The translations under genes and the position numbers were made by a program. Under the pieces are notes generated by a model. The model worked only from the letters and a program-made list of their open reading frames with translations, ran no database searches and was not told the DNA's origin. A stretch of DNA of 63,870 nucleotides, filler included, from Octopus bimaculoides (taxonomy: Eukaryota), in the NCBI RefSeq assembly GCF_001194135.2. It is 8 parts of 6 records of this genome, joined end to end, with 100 filler letters (N's around TTAATTAATTAA, not from the genome) between each part and the next. Parts side by side here need not be neighbours in the genome. Positions count along the whole stretch, not along the records: positions 43,970 to 54,970 come from NC_068985.1; positions 55,071 to 56,273 come from NW_026350671.1; positions 56,374 to 60,041 come from NC_068982.1; positions 60,142 to 61,250 come from NC_068982.1; positions 61,351 to 62,673 come from NW_026350351.1; 3 more parts are not named here. The stretch is one strand, 5' to 3'. Below are positions 49,657 through 62,530 of the stretch, in pieces. Each line of letters starts with the position of its first letter. Position 1 is the stretch's first letter.

Positions 49657-49775
49657 GGTGGCGCGCTGGCAGAAAATGTTAGCACGCCGAGCGAAATGCT
49701 TAGCGGTATTTCGTGTGTCTTTACGTTGTGGGTTCAAATTCCGCCGAGGTTGACTTTGCCTTTCATCCTTTCGGG
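49657..49775 (+). mobile_element. SINE type A, 3'-truncated
   Basis: Head through TTTCATCCTTTCGGG. Confidence 0.82.
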
Positions 49776-50366
49776 ATGGCAGCTAACTTATATAATTTGG
49801 TGTATATAATACCTTCATTTGTTATTCTAAGTTGGAAATCGTACGTTGTTATCTGTGTTTGAAACTGTCGTACAACATGCATATGTATGTATGCATGCAT
49901 GTATGTATGTATGTATATGCATGTATGTATGGATGTATGTATATAATGAAGGTCGTTTAATGTTATCACAGATAATGTTATCAAACAGTGACTGATATCG
50001 AAATGTCCCAAACATTGTATTTGCTTAATTTTATTAAATGGTTATTATTCTCGTGAATGCCTCGTCCAAGAGCGATCGCAACAATCGGTTATGCATGTAT
50101 GCGTGTATGTATGTATACATATATATGAGATCTACTTGTCTCACAAATGATTTGATGTGAGACCACCTGTAAGTGTCGTCCATATATGGTTATGATGCAT
50201 GTGCCTGGTGTACCGTTATCAGACGGGTAGTCATAATGGGTATATTGGTCTTTGTGTATATCTGTACCCCAGTGTCACTTTGAGGGCATGCCCTGCTCTC
50301 TCGTTCAATAAAATATATAAATATTCATATTTTGAGCATATATATTTTGTATTATTAACACATTAA

Positions 50367-50584
50367 TACGAAGGGGTGGTGAAAAGTTCCTGGCTTTGGG
50401 GAAAAGAAAAAAGAGGATGATCAGTTAACTATGATTTTTTTCAACATATCCCCATATTAGATTCGCACACTTACTGCAGCAGTCATATAATTTTCTAAGC
50501 CCTGAAAAAAAAAAAAAAATCTCGGAAGGTTGGCCCTCCAGCCAGGCCTTTCGTGATACCCTTAATGCCAGCACACCCTCGTGT
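50367..50584 (+). mobile_element. Mariner-type MITE
   Basis: TA-CGAAGGGGTGGTGAAAAGTTCCTGGCTTT left TIR; degenerate right TIR ending CCCTCGTG; same family as 27079-27306. Confidence 0.72.
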
Positions 50585-50760
50585 TTTCAAAGTGCTGCTT
50601 TAGTCGTCTACCTCAATCCGGAATAAGACGCTGGCAGGTCAGCTTAGCTGTACAGTAAAATTACGCAGAAATTACAATAATCTAGAACATTTATTACTGC
50701 CTCTCCTAAAAGCGTCTTGAACTTGCATGAATGCACCGCGTAAGTCTGTCTGTCTATCTG

Positions 50761-50809
<49 letters not shown>

Positions 50810-50814
50810 ATAAA

Positions 50815-51010
50815 GGGTAAAGACCCACTTCATTCACAAATGACCATAGGATTGCACCGAGTCACGGGCCCGGGTAAGTTTGTTTGTCAATGACCAACAG
50901 TCGCCCATACGTAATATTCTCTCCTTTCCACGCCACCGATGTTGTACAAGGAACAGACTAAGGCAAAGGCCAATACAGCTTGGTACCAGTGACGTTGCAA
51001 CTCATTTCTA
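50815..51010 (-). mobile_element. 3' part of an interspersed repeat, probably the SINE type D tail
   Basis: GC-richer block with GGTACCAGTGACGTTGCAACTCATTT, next to (TCTA)n. Confidence 0.45.
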
Positions 51011-51790
51011 TATAATTTCTATATATTATATATATAATAATATAGATTTAATCAAAAGATTAAATTATATATATTATATATATATATATATATATAATGT
51101 ACATATATAAATATATATATACATATATGTATATNNNNNNNNNNNNNNNNNNNNNNNNNNNNNNNNNNNNNNNNNNNNNNNNNNNNNNNNNNNNNNNNNN
51201 NNNNNNNNNNNNNNNNNNNNNNNNNNNNNNNNNNNNNNNNNNNNNNNNNNNNNNNNNNNNNNNNNNNNNNNNNNNNNNNNNNNNNNNNNNNNNNNNNNNN
51301 NNNNNNNNNNNNNNNNNNNNNNNNNNNNNNNNNNNNNNNNNNNNNNNNNNNNNNNNNNNNNNNNNNNNNNNNNNNNNNNNNNNNNNNNNNNNNNNNNNNN
51401 NNNNNNNNNNNNNNNNNNNNNNNNNNNNNNNNNNNNNNNNNNNNNNNNNNNNNNNNNNNNNNNNNNNNNNNNNNNNNNNNNNNNNNNNNNNNNNNNNNNN
51501 NNNNNNNNNNNNNNNNNNNNNNNNNNNNNNNNNNNNNNNNNNNNNNNNNNNNNNNNNNNNNNNNNNNNNNNNNNNNNNNNNNNNNNNNNNNNNNNNNNNN
51601 NNNNNNNNNNNNNNNNNNNNNNNNNNNNNNNNNNNNNNNNNNNNNNNNNNNNNNNNNNNNNNNNNNNNNNNNNNNNNNNNNNNNNNNNNNNNNNNNNNNN
51701 NNNNNNNNNNNNNNNNNNNNATATTTTCATATACATATATACTTTCTTGTACATACTGAGTTCCCTGTTCTCTCTCTAAAAACACTGTGC

Positions 51791-51833
<43 letters not shown>

Positions 51834-52165
51834 CACAACGATGTTCTCACAAACATACTCATATATTAACTTTAGTTGCAGTAGGTAAAACTATATAATG
51901 CATCCAACAACGCAGAAATAATTCTATAAGAGATTTACCATGTTCACAGCAGGAATATTCATAAATTATGCAGGTTTCCTGGAGGTAAATTATGGCCTTT
52001 ATCATACCAGATACAATCAGAGAAAATTTTTCGCATGCTCCCAGCAGGTACAAATATACTATATTCCCAGTAGGTAAATTAGAGTAATTACCATATCAGG
52101 AAAAAGAGTGCGTGAAACCTTCACCGAATCTACAGATACATATATACATACATACATGCTTACAA

Positions 52166-52203
<38 letters not shown>

Positions 52204-52258
52204 GTGTGTGTGTATACATATATATATATATATACATATATATGTATATGCATATATT

Positions 52259-52291
<33 letters not shown>

Positions 52292-52401
52292 ATGTGTGTG
52301 TNNNNNNNNNNNNNNNNNNNNNNNNNNNNNNNNNNNNNNNNNNNNNNNNNNNNNNNNNNNNNNNNNNNNNNNNNNNNNNNNNNNNNNNNNNNNNNNNNNN
52401 N

Positions 52402-52448
<47 letters not shown>

Positions 52449-52619
52449 ATCAATCAATCTATCTATCTGGCTGTTTGTGTGACTGTGTGTCTTTGTATCT
52501 GTTTGTGTGTTTGTGTGTGTATGTGTGTCTGTACGTCCATCTATCCATCCATCCATCCATCCATCCATCCAACCATCTATCCATCCATCCATTCATCCAT
52601 CCATTCATCCATCCATTCA

Positions 52620-52659
<40 letters not shown>

Positions 52660-54635
52660 CATACATACATACATACATACATACATACATACGTAATACG
52701 TACTTACATACATATATACATGCATACATACGTACATGCACTGCAACAGCTCTATTAAATGCAACTCTCATGTTCTTAGAAAGGTAACATTTTACCATTT
52801 TTCTCTAAATGCAGGATATGTTGAGGCATGTTCTCGACACATCAGTAAATGTACGTTTGGGAAAGAAAGACAGAATTTACTTAAAATGACCAAAGATCAA
52901 GACTGTTCTCCATCCATGTTTGTAGTGTTACTTCTGAGAAATTGCAAGGCGTAATCGAGAGCCTGAAATGCATGTCTATGAGATATTGTTCACTTATCCC
53001 AAGTTGGACCTTTTTAGAATCTCATAGAAAAGAGATTTTTGGTCAGCATTGAACACAAGACTCTCAGAGCAAGGCTGAGTGGCAGCATAAAAACAAAATG
53101 AGGATATTTCCTAACAATGAGCTAAGTTGTAGCGATTCCTAATGATGCCACTTTGATAGCAATCTACTAAACTGAACAAACGTTTTGCCAGAAATTAAGT
53201 TGATCAAAAAGGTTTTGCTTGTTGCATCAAAGGCACCAAGAAAATTATTGCCACTGAATAGCTGTTACGAATTGTTTAATCCTTTCATTAGCTCATTTTT
53301 AATCAGCAACTAATGGTTGTTAGTTTTTGTAGGTATATAGCTGTAACTGTTGAGTGCAATAAATAGTTGCTTGAAGCAGCTCTCGACTGAAATGTGCAGC
53401 TGTAGTTCGTACTGGAGCAGGTACTCCACACTTTTCAAAATCCTTTCCAGCCATGAATTCGACTATATCTTTAATAAAGTAATAATACTTGAATGTAGAA
53501 GGCAGAAATAAACTTCAGATGAAATTTTTCTACCGCAGTTGAATGTCTTCTGCCATGATGTCCTAGTAATTATGTCACAGTTGAGTATTGGATAGTGAGC
53601 GTCTCTTGTCTGGGGAATTCGATACTGCACCTTACTCCAAGGTGTTAATATAGTCTATATTTCTTCAGTTCGTATCTTGATTGGCAAGCTTTTCAGTAAA
53701 AATCACATACATATGCAGCGACTATTCTAAGTTATTGGATTGACACTGGACTATAAACCTCGTTCAGAGGAAGTCTTACAATATAAACACTTACAGTAGT
53801 TGCGATGCACCATGTGGATACGCCCTACACTGTTTTCACAGTCGGAAATTTCCGATGTCTAAAATCTAGAAGTTAAGGGACTACTTTGAAAGAAAATCCT
53901 TAGTCGGAAATAGTGTGTGATTTGGCTGTTTTATCGCATTCATTTATCCGAATTAGCGATTCAGTGGTGATAAAACGTAGTGCCAGTCAAGAACTGAGAT
54001 CGATCGTATCGATTTATTCCTACCCTCAGAATTGCTGGCCTTATGCTTAAATCACAAGCCCAAAGAGTTATTTAGGTCTAGGTTAAAACAGATTGAAGAA
54101 GCCTATGGTCAAATGACTTCTAGCCGTGACAATCCTATGTTTTAGAATTACGACAGTAGAACCTAATGTGTCCTTTTATTTTTAAGACGGTGGGGATGAC
54201 TTGACTGAGAGCAGATGCTGACTTGCATCTATTTATGATAAAGGATAGTCGAGCTGTGACCACCACATATATATTAAAAAATTTGTTGTTTACACTATCT
54301 AATCTGTAATTCCTTTATATAAAAGGATACGTGCTGAGGGAGATTTGGCTGTTGTTGGAGTGACCGCTTAGAGACACCTTTCATGGGTCGATACGATACA
54401 TATCTGCAAAGGTATAACTGGAGTTTCTCATACCACTATAAATTAGTGTCATGATTACGTCACCAAGTATTTAGAGGTTTATGCAGTGACCATTATGATA
54501 CAAACTTCCTGTTTCAAAGTGATCTACACTAAAATCATCCGTCAGCCTTACGTGTTACTTTGTTCCAAACAAGAGCTTAGTAATGACAATGTTATATTTG
54601 TAAATGGATCTTTATTTTAAAAATTGATTTCTTAG

Positions 54636-54789
54636 AAATATGGCAATAAAAGTGATAAGAAATTAGGCAAGGGTGGTTTTCGGTAGAGGACAATGGGGTA
54701 GTAATTCCGGCTTTGGTAGAACAAGAATTGGAAACGCATCCAGTACTGGAGATGAAATACCATCAGAGCAATGCTGTTGCTTAATGTAA
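54636..54789 (+). CDS. Candidate terminal coding exon: Gly-rich tail ending in a CaaX-like CCCLM*
   Basis: Frame 54667-54789 reads ARVVFGRGQWGSNSGFGRTRIGNASSTGDEIPSEQCCCLM*. An acceptor-like TTGATTTCTTAG lies at 54624-54635, but the frame from it (KYGNKSDKKLGKGGFR*) needs a 1-nt shift in a T4 run. An alternative AG lies at 54685-54686. Confidence 0.3.
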
Positions 54790-54858
54790 TATGTGCGATA
54801 CTATGTATGCATCTGTATGTGTGTGTGTGTGTGTGTGCGTGCGTGTGTGTGTGTGTGT

Positions 54859-54895
<37 letters not shown>

Positions 54896-55328
54896 ACGTA
54901 AGTATTTGCCCACATTTACGAGTGTGTGATTATATGTGTTTCAAGCAACGAATATTAAGAGACTAGTCATNNNNNNNNNNNNNNNNNNNNNNNNNNNNNN
55001 NNNNNNNNNNNNNNTTAATTAATTAANNNNNNNNNNNNNNNNNNNNNNNNNNNNNNNNNNNNNNNNNNNNTCCTAACGCCAACCGCTCCGAGACTGTAGT
55101 GGGTGCTTTTACGTGCCACCGGCACAAGGGCTAGTCAGGCGGTACTGACAGAAAATCTACCGCGCATGAGCAGCTACTTGTCGGCAGTAAATATAAAATG
55201 CTGGCTTTTCAATTCAAAAATTATCCAGAAAAGTGGTTTGGAACTTAGCTGTTCTTTCTAGCGTAAGGGAATCCTATGATGGATACCTCTTATGTGTTTA
55301 AATGTACACTATATATATATATATATAT

Positions 55329-55442
55329 ATTCTTTTACTTGTTTCACTCATTTAACTGCGGCCATGCTGGAGTAATGCCTTTGATCGAACAATTCGACCT
55401 CAAGACTTATTCTTTGTAAGCCTAGTACTTATTCTATCGGCT
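55329..55442 (-). mobile_element. 3' part of SINE type B/C
   Basis: CTGCGGCCATGCTGGAG..GACTTATTCTTTGTAAGCCTAGTACTTATTCTATCGG. Confidence 0.82.
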
Positions 55443-56373
55443 TACCCGCCTTCCCTGCAAGGAGGAAGACTTGGTCAAGTCTTCATTTTTTGGAACATCT
55501 TAGAATATGTTACTAGAAGTTTACAAGTACTCTTTCAAACATATCGAATAAATACCCAGATTATTATTCACTGGAAAAGCTATAAAGAAGTGTTTATTTT
55601 GTCAAGTAAGCATTTCCTATATAAGCCTGATACATTGGGCAATATATCACTTCTTGTCTGAAAAGTTTTACTGTATTATTTGGACTAAAAGCTTCTTTTT
55701 CGACATAAATAAATAAATAAACGTACACACGGAAAAAAAAATACAAGGATTAATAACTTCTGTCGAAATGCATACATTCTTCCGAATATCGAAACTGGAG
55801 TAATGACACGATGTAAATGTGCTTGTGAGTGAGTGTGCGTGCACGCGTGTGTTTGTGTGTGTGTGTGTGTAAAATATCTGTTTCGTTTGTATGAAACTGA
55901 TAAAGATTTATATCCTTGAATATTCTATATTAAATTCGATTTGTAACCACTTGGCATTTGGTTTACTCCACTGCGCGGCAGGGCTATTTTCTTGTAATAC
56001 AGCCCCGGGACGACCAATGCCTTGTGAGTGGATTTAATTAATGGAAAACTTGTGGTAGACTGTCGTGTATAGTATATATTATATTACATTATATTATATC
56101 ATATGTGTGTGTGTAGATAGATAGGTAGGTAGGTAGTGCTGTTCTTTATCTTTGCGTTTGTTCATTCCACCCGATTTGCAACCGCTCTGCAACTGCTTTC
56201 TAACCGCAGTTGGTTTGTTTAAGTTAACGTATCTTAACAGTCCCGCAGAAGATACTAATTGCTTACGTATAATNNNNNNNNNNNNNNNNNNNNNNNNNNN
56301 NNNNNNNNNNNNNNNNNTTAATTAATTAANNNNNNNNNNNNNNNNNNNNNNNNNNNNNNNNNNNNNNNNNNNN

Positions 56374-56447
<74 letters not shown>

Positions 56448-58696
56448 TATATCATATATTTCAATGAAATATAAGATGGAATAATAAAAAGGTCTCCATT
56501 CAAAATAAATCAATCACTTACTAATATCCTGACAAATAAAATAACCATTAGACAAAACATTTCTTAGAGTTATATAATTCGATTATGCCTTCAACATTAT
56601 ATTAATTTACGATCATTTATTTCTGATTATCGTTTCCTGTCATACTTATTGTATACAGAATATCTATTTCTGATTGATTTCCTATTTTATGCACTGAGTT
56701 TTTAATCCGCAATGATTTTTGTCTTCATAATTCTTCGTTTACAGCTGTTATTTGCTTATTTACGTTTGCCATTTCCTATTCACAATATTATATCTGTTTG
56801 CGGATCGCGATATTTATCTGGAAATAGTAATTTTGATGTTATTAGTTATTATACTAATGTAACAACGATATAAAAATAAGTTTCCTTTATATTACCGATT
56901 TATGTAAACAATTTTCTTATTGACAGTATATTTAGTTAAGCATTATAACAAGCGTTTAACGATATGGCTTTAATTACAATATATGGCCTAACTTATAAAA
57001 TGTTACAAAACAATTGCATCGTAATGGAGGATACATGTTTAGTTGTCACGCGACTAAGTTCTGTTATTCTTGCTCTATTGACTTATTGACAACAGACGTG
57101 GCAAAAGGCGGCAGAAGACGAGAACTAATATTTAATAACAATTTCTTTACACCAGTTTCAATGTAACCACAGTGACAAACATCGATTTGACTAAATCATT
57201 TATATTCATGTAGGAATGATAGAATATATTTAGAGAAAAACAGTATCTGTATTGACGTATTAAAACAAAATAGTTAAAATATATTATTACTTTAATGATT
57301 TTCTCTAACATTTTTATTTATTTATTTACTTTGTTTGTTTGTTTGTTTGTTTGTTTCTATTCATACTTTAGAAAGAAAAGAGAATATTGACGAAGTCTTT
57401 CTAACATAAATTACTCTGTCAGTCTTGAAAATTAATATCGAACCGATTCTACTCTCAACAGAGATATATTTATCATTTCTCACCGATCTAATGCTATTAA
57501 ATTACATTGAGAATTGCTTGTTAGGAAACCAGAGTCAATATTCTCTCTAATAACAAGTTTAAGTTTAATCTACCATAGAAGAATCAAATAAATACAATAC
57601 ATGAAAAAATTATAAATATGTATTTATAATTCTCTATAATAATAAACGGCTTGTTTGAAAAGTTTTAGATAAATAAAAATTCAGTTTCTTAATCTTAAAA
57701 ATTTTAGAGAAAGTTGAGAGAGTTGCATTCTTTAAAACCCGCGAGAATCAACCAGTCGTTGCTGATCATAAGAAAAATATGGGCAAAGTTTTCAGAATGG
57801 TATGACGGTATGAAATATAGCTTTATTGGAATAGAAATTATGTTTCACTAGGCAAGGGAACCTTAATTTGGATCATGTTACTTTGTACTGATTCACTTTA
57901 ATAGGAAAGAGTTCATTCCAATAGAAAGGAAGAAGCATAAATATTTGATAGAATTCTCACAGGTTCGACATATTTTAATGCATAAATGAACTCTTGAAAA
58001 ATAGTATTAAACGCTGACTTCATTTGAATCATTTGAATTTCAGTTAATCTTATTAAGAGTTACGTCTACTGTAAACATTATATGAGGTGTCCTTCAACAG
58101 AAAGAATGTTATAATTCAGGTTGACACATATGATTAGATTTACAAGAGTATTCCACTCATAGAAGAAGAATTCTCGTGCTCCTGAGTCTGACTCACTTTG
58201 AATTAATTCATAATCTTATTGTACATATGTTTTCATTATTTCAGAAGCATCTCATTAAATTATACCAAACAGCAAAATTGGTGACTGTGAACATGAGATT
58301 AATGAGGAGACAGAAATGTCAAACAACGTTAGTTAGTAGTTAGCTGAGCATATTTATATTATAGAGACAATTATACGGAATAAATTAAGAAGCAGGTGAG
58401 GAGATGCTATACTAAGAAGCATGACATAGTTCATTTTACAGTTAATGAACCTGCAGGCCTCAAGAACTAATGTCGTTCCTTTCTGCTTCAAGCACCTGAG
58501 GATAGATACTGTTTGTTTACACAATATTTAGTTTAACACATGACAACATGGATAATAACGTCTGGATATCAATTATACTCATATATATATATATAATATG
58601 CAAACAGGTGGGTTGAAATGAGCAACACGCTTTATTGCATAATACAGTTGTTTCATCTTAACTTAATCACCAGATTATTGTTGAAATATATATAAA

Positions 58697-58905
58697 TAGC
58701 TGTGTGGTGAGAAGCTTGCTTCCCAACCACATGGTCCTGGTTCAGTCCCACTGTGTGGCACCTTGTACTATAACTTCGGGCCGACCAAACCCATGTGAGT
58801 GGATCTGATAGAGGAAAATTAAAGGAAGCAAATCCTGGGATAGGTTTGTTTGACTAATCCTTCAAGGCAGTGCCACAATTTGGCTAGTCAAATAAATGAA
58901 ACAAC
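58697..58905 (+). mobile_element. SINE type B/C with internal deletion
   Basis: Type B head GCTGTGTGGTGAGAAGCTTGCTTCCCAACCACATGG followed directly by a decayed type C tail. Confidence 0.72.
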
Positions 58906-60265
58906 TACAAGATGAAAAACGTGTGAATATATATATATATATATATATATATANNNNNNNNNNNNNNNNNNNNNNNNNNNNNNNNNNNNNNNNNNNNNNN
59001 NNNNNNNNNNNNNNNNNNNNNNNNNNNNNNNNNNNNNNNNNNNNNNNNNNNNNNNNNNNNNNNNNNNNNNNNNNNNNNNNNNNNNNNNNNNNNNNNNNNN
59101 NNNNNNNNNNNNNNNNNNNNNNNNNNNNNNNNNNNNNNNNNNNNNNNNNNNNNNNNNNNNNNNNNNNNNNNNNNNNNNNNNNNNNNNNNNNNNNNNNNNN
59201 NNNNNNNNNNNNNNNNNNNNNNNNNNNNNNNNNNNNNNNNNNNNNNNNNNNNNNNNNNNNNNNNNNNGCAGGGATGAATACATGTGCATGTATGTATATG
59301 TGCCTTTATCCTGAATGACACGTATTACTAAATATTTGTACACTTGGAACATTAACGATATTAGAGTATTTTCTAAAAGTTAGTATATAATTTATGCAGT
59401 TCTTTTTACTAAAAAACGTGATGAAATACGTTATACTAGTGCCCGCACTCTCTTTCATTTCCTCTCTCTTCCTTTCTCTAATTCTTTTTATCTCCCCTTC
59501 TGCTGCTTTCGTTTTATTCTCTATCATCCTTTCTCTAATTTTTTTCCTCTCCCCTTCGCCGTTCTCTGTCTATTTCTCTCTCTCTCTCTCACTCTCTCTC
59601 TTTCCCTCACTCTTCCTCCTTTGCTCTCTCGTTGCTCGCACGTGACCATCGGCCATCTTTCTTTTCCTACCTTGAATTTCTTTCTTTCCTTCTGATCAGC
59701 TTCAGGGATCAGACGCATTCTTGTCTGTCTCCTGTCCAAGCTTGTTCCACCAGCGTTCGCCACCTCATCTCCTTTAGGCTTAGCAGCCCTTCCTGTTTGT
59801 TTTCACTGTCCTGGTTTTATTACCAGCTTTGACCCTCCGCAAAATCCCAAATTTCATTTAATTTGCTTTGCGGGAGCAACTGCTTTGTCGAAGGCGTAAC
59901 TTGTCGTGAGTTGCTCGAAATACGGAGCAGAAAAACAGCCGGCAACTGATGAAAAAAAGAGAAAACAACCTAAAATTGTAAGGAACGAAAAATGCAATGA
60001 CGGAGGGGTTAAAAGGCATCATTTCGCAAGAGTTCCAGGACNNNNNNNNNNNNNNNNNNNNNNNNNNNNNNNNNNNNNNNNNNNNTTAATTAATTAANNN
60101 NNNNNNNNNNNNNNNNNNNNNNNNNNNNNNNNNNNNNNNNNTTATATTTCGTATATTTTAAATTTATTATATTACCATGTCATATTGGATATATATCTTT
60201 CGAAATATAAAATATTGATTTCCTGAGAATATTATTGATAAGTTTATGAATTTATTAATAATATA

Positions 60266-60306
<41 letters not shown>

Positions 60307-60362
60307 TTGCTCAAAATAATAGAGCACTCAATGTAAGTTCAGTTACATATTCTTTATAAAAG

Positions 60363-60402
<40 letters not shown>

Positions 60403-60419
60403 GGAGTAAGTTAAAAGTA

Positions 60420-61190
60420 TGATCGTTTTTTAGACCACTGAGTTTGCATCAGAGTACCCTACTACACTGACCATCATCTCACACTTGATCCCTCAAGACT
60501 ATATGATCATTCCAAAGTTTTGCTCAGTTATGGATTCAAAAACTCAACCAGTAAGGTTAGTGGTAAAGGTTGAGAGCCCAGCTGTTATACTTGTGACAGC
60601 AAGAGCCACTTGAGGTCTTTCTGCCCCAAAGATTTCAGAAGTTATAGAAAGAAAAAGGGCAACAAGCAGCAGAAAACCAGCAACAACAAAAAGCTAAAGG
60701 TTGCTGTCCCAACAGCACTGCCTGTCTTATCGCTAGTTGCAACTCTAAGACTAGTCAGAATATTCACTTCATCATCTGTCTCAGAAATTAGTGAATATAG
60801 TTATGTAGTGTGTCAATATAATTAACTATTCCCTCTCTCCTAAATTTGAGACTTTGTTTTCAAGTCACTCTTTAAAACACTGAATTCTACCAACATCATT
60901 ATCCCTTCATCTTGTGATGTGGGTAACAAAATGCAGAAAGAGCAAGAGGAAAACTGCCAGAAAGTGAAGACAACTGCCAAATGGCAAGAACAGAAAAAAT
61001 ACACCCCACCACCTCAAGAGAACTCCAGACTGCTTATTAGAATAATTTTCCAATTTTACTAAATATTGTACTTGAACAACTTCCAAGCCCTTTTTCACCT
61101 CCTCCAGCCTGAAATGTTCATGGGCTCTTTGAGGATGAAAAATCTTCATTTCCTGGAGGAAATGTGTGAGATGATAATCAGTGTAGTAGG
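60420..61190 (+). pseudogene. Decayed gag-like ORF1 of a non-LTR retrotransposon (Tx1/L1-like)
   Basis: CX2CX4HX4C knuckle CYTCDSKSHLRSFC at 60583-60624, preceded out of frame by PVRLVVK and followed by a Lys-rich stretch. Confidence 0.6.
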
Positions 61191-61850
61191 GAACTCTGAC
61201 GCAAACTCAGTGGTCTAAAAAATGATCACATTTTTAACTTACTCCATATANNNNNNNNNNNNNNNNNNNNNNNNNNNNNNNNNNNNNNNNNNNNTTAATT
61301 AATTAANNNNNNNNNNNNNNNNNNNNNNNNNNNNNNNNNNNNNNNNNNNNTATATATATATATATATATATGTATGTATGCACATCGTGCATGTATGCAT
61401 AACGTATATTCACACAGATATATGTGTATATATATATGTGTGGCAAATTGGCAGAGTTATATAAAAAGAGGGAAGAAATGCAGGTAGGGTGAGGGGAAAA
61501 TGCAACCAAAACCAAATTAGTCGTCCGGGGGGAGGGGGCATGCCCCCCCCCCCCGTCTTGTTGCCTCTCTTCCTGCTATGTAAGTTACAGCAACAACAAC
61601 AAGAACTGTAAGAACAGCAATTACTCTAAGCTCAATAAAAAACAGTGCAGTTATGACAATGGTAATAACGGTGGTGGTGGTGGTGGTGGTGATAGTGTTG
61701 GTGGTGTTGGTGGTTGCGGTAGTGATGGTGGTTGTAGTACTGATGGTGGTGGTGGTAGTGATGGCGATGTTGTGGTGGTGGTGGTGATGGTCATGGTGGT
61801 GGTCATAATTCTGATGGTATCAGTAATAATAATAATAATAATAATAATAA

Positions 61851-62074
61851 TGGTTTCAAATTTTGGCCCAAGGCCAGCAAGTTTGGAAGAGGTGGTAGGT
61901 CAATTGCATTGAACCCTCATTATTCAACTGGTACTTCTTTTATCAACCCTGAATGAACGAATGAAAGGCAAAGTCAACCTTGGGCGGAATTTTGAACTTG
62001 GAATACCAAACATGGGAAAAAAAAAATGCTGCCAAGCAGTTTTGTTCAGCGTTCTGACGATTCTGCCAGCTTCT
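61851..62074 (-). mobile_element. SINE type A, short tail, diverged
   Basis: TGGTTTCAAATTTTGGCCCAAGGCCAGCAA tail through GACGATTCTGCCAGC head. Confidence 0.78.
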
Positions 62075-62213
62075 TGGAGCTTTCAAAGATGAAAGATGAA
62101 AGGTGAAGCTGACTGGCTTCAGTGGGATTTGAACTCAGAATGCAAAGCCGGAAGGATTGGTGGGCTAAGGAGCAGAATGCCTGCTACTACTACTACTGCA
62201 GCTGCTGCCTCTT

Positions 62214-62530
62214 ATGATGACGATGATGATGATGATGATGATGACGATGATGATGACGATGATGATGACGACGATGATGATGATGACGATGATGATGACG
62301 ATGATGATGACGACGATGATGACGACGATGACGACGACGATGATGATGACGATGATGATGATGATGATGATGATGACGACGATGACGATGATGATGGTGA
62401 TGATGATGATGACGATGACGATGATGATGATGATGATGATTATTACCATAATGATAGTATCAATGCTGCTGATAATGATGATGATGATGATAATGATTAT
62501 GATGATGATGACGTTGCTGATGATGACAAT
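62214..62530. repeat. (GAT/GAC)n trinucleotide repeat
   Basis: Read directly; yields spurious poly-D, poly-M and poly-I ORFs. Confidence 0.95.

Noticed and set aside
54642-54686. GNKSD as a Ras G4 box and LGKGGFG as a kinase P-loop
   Set aside because: No other GTPase or kinase motifs at the required spacing; treated as coincidence.
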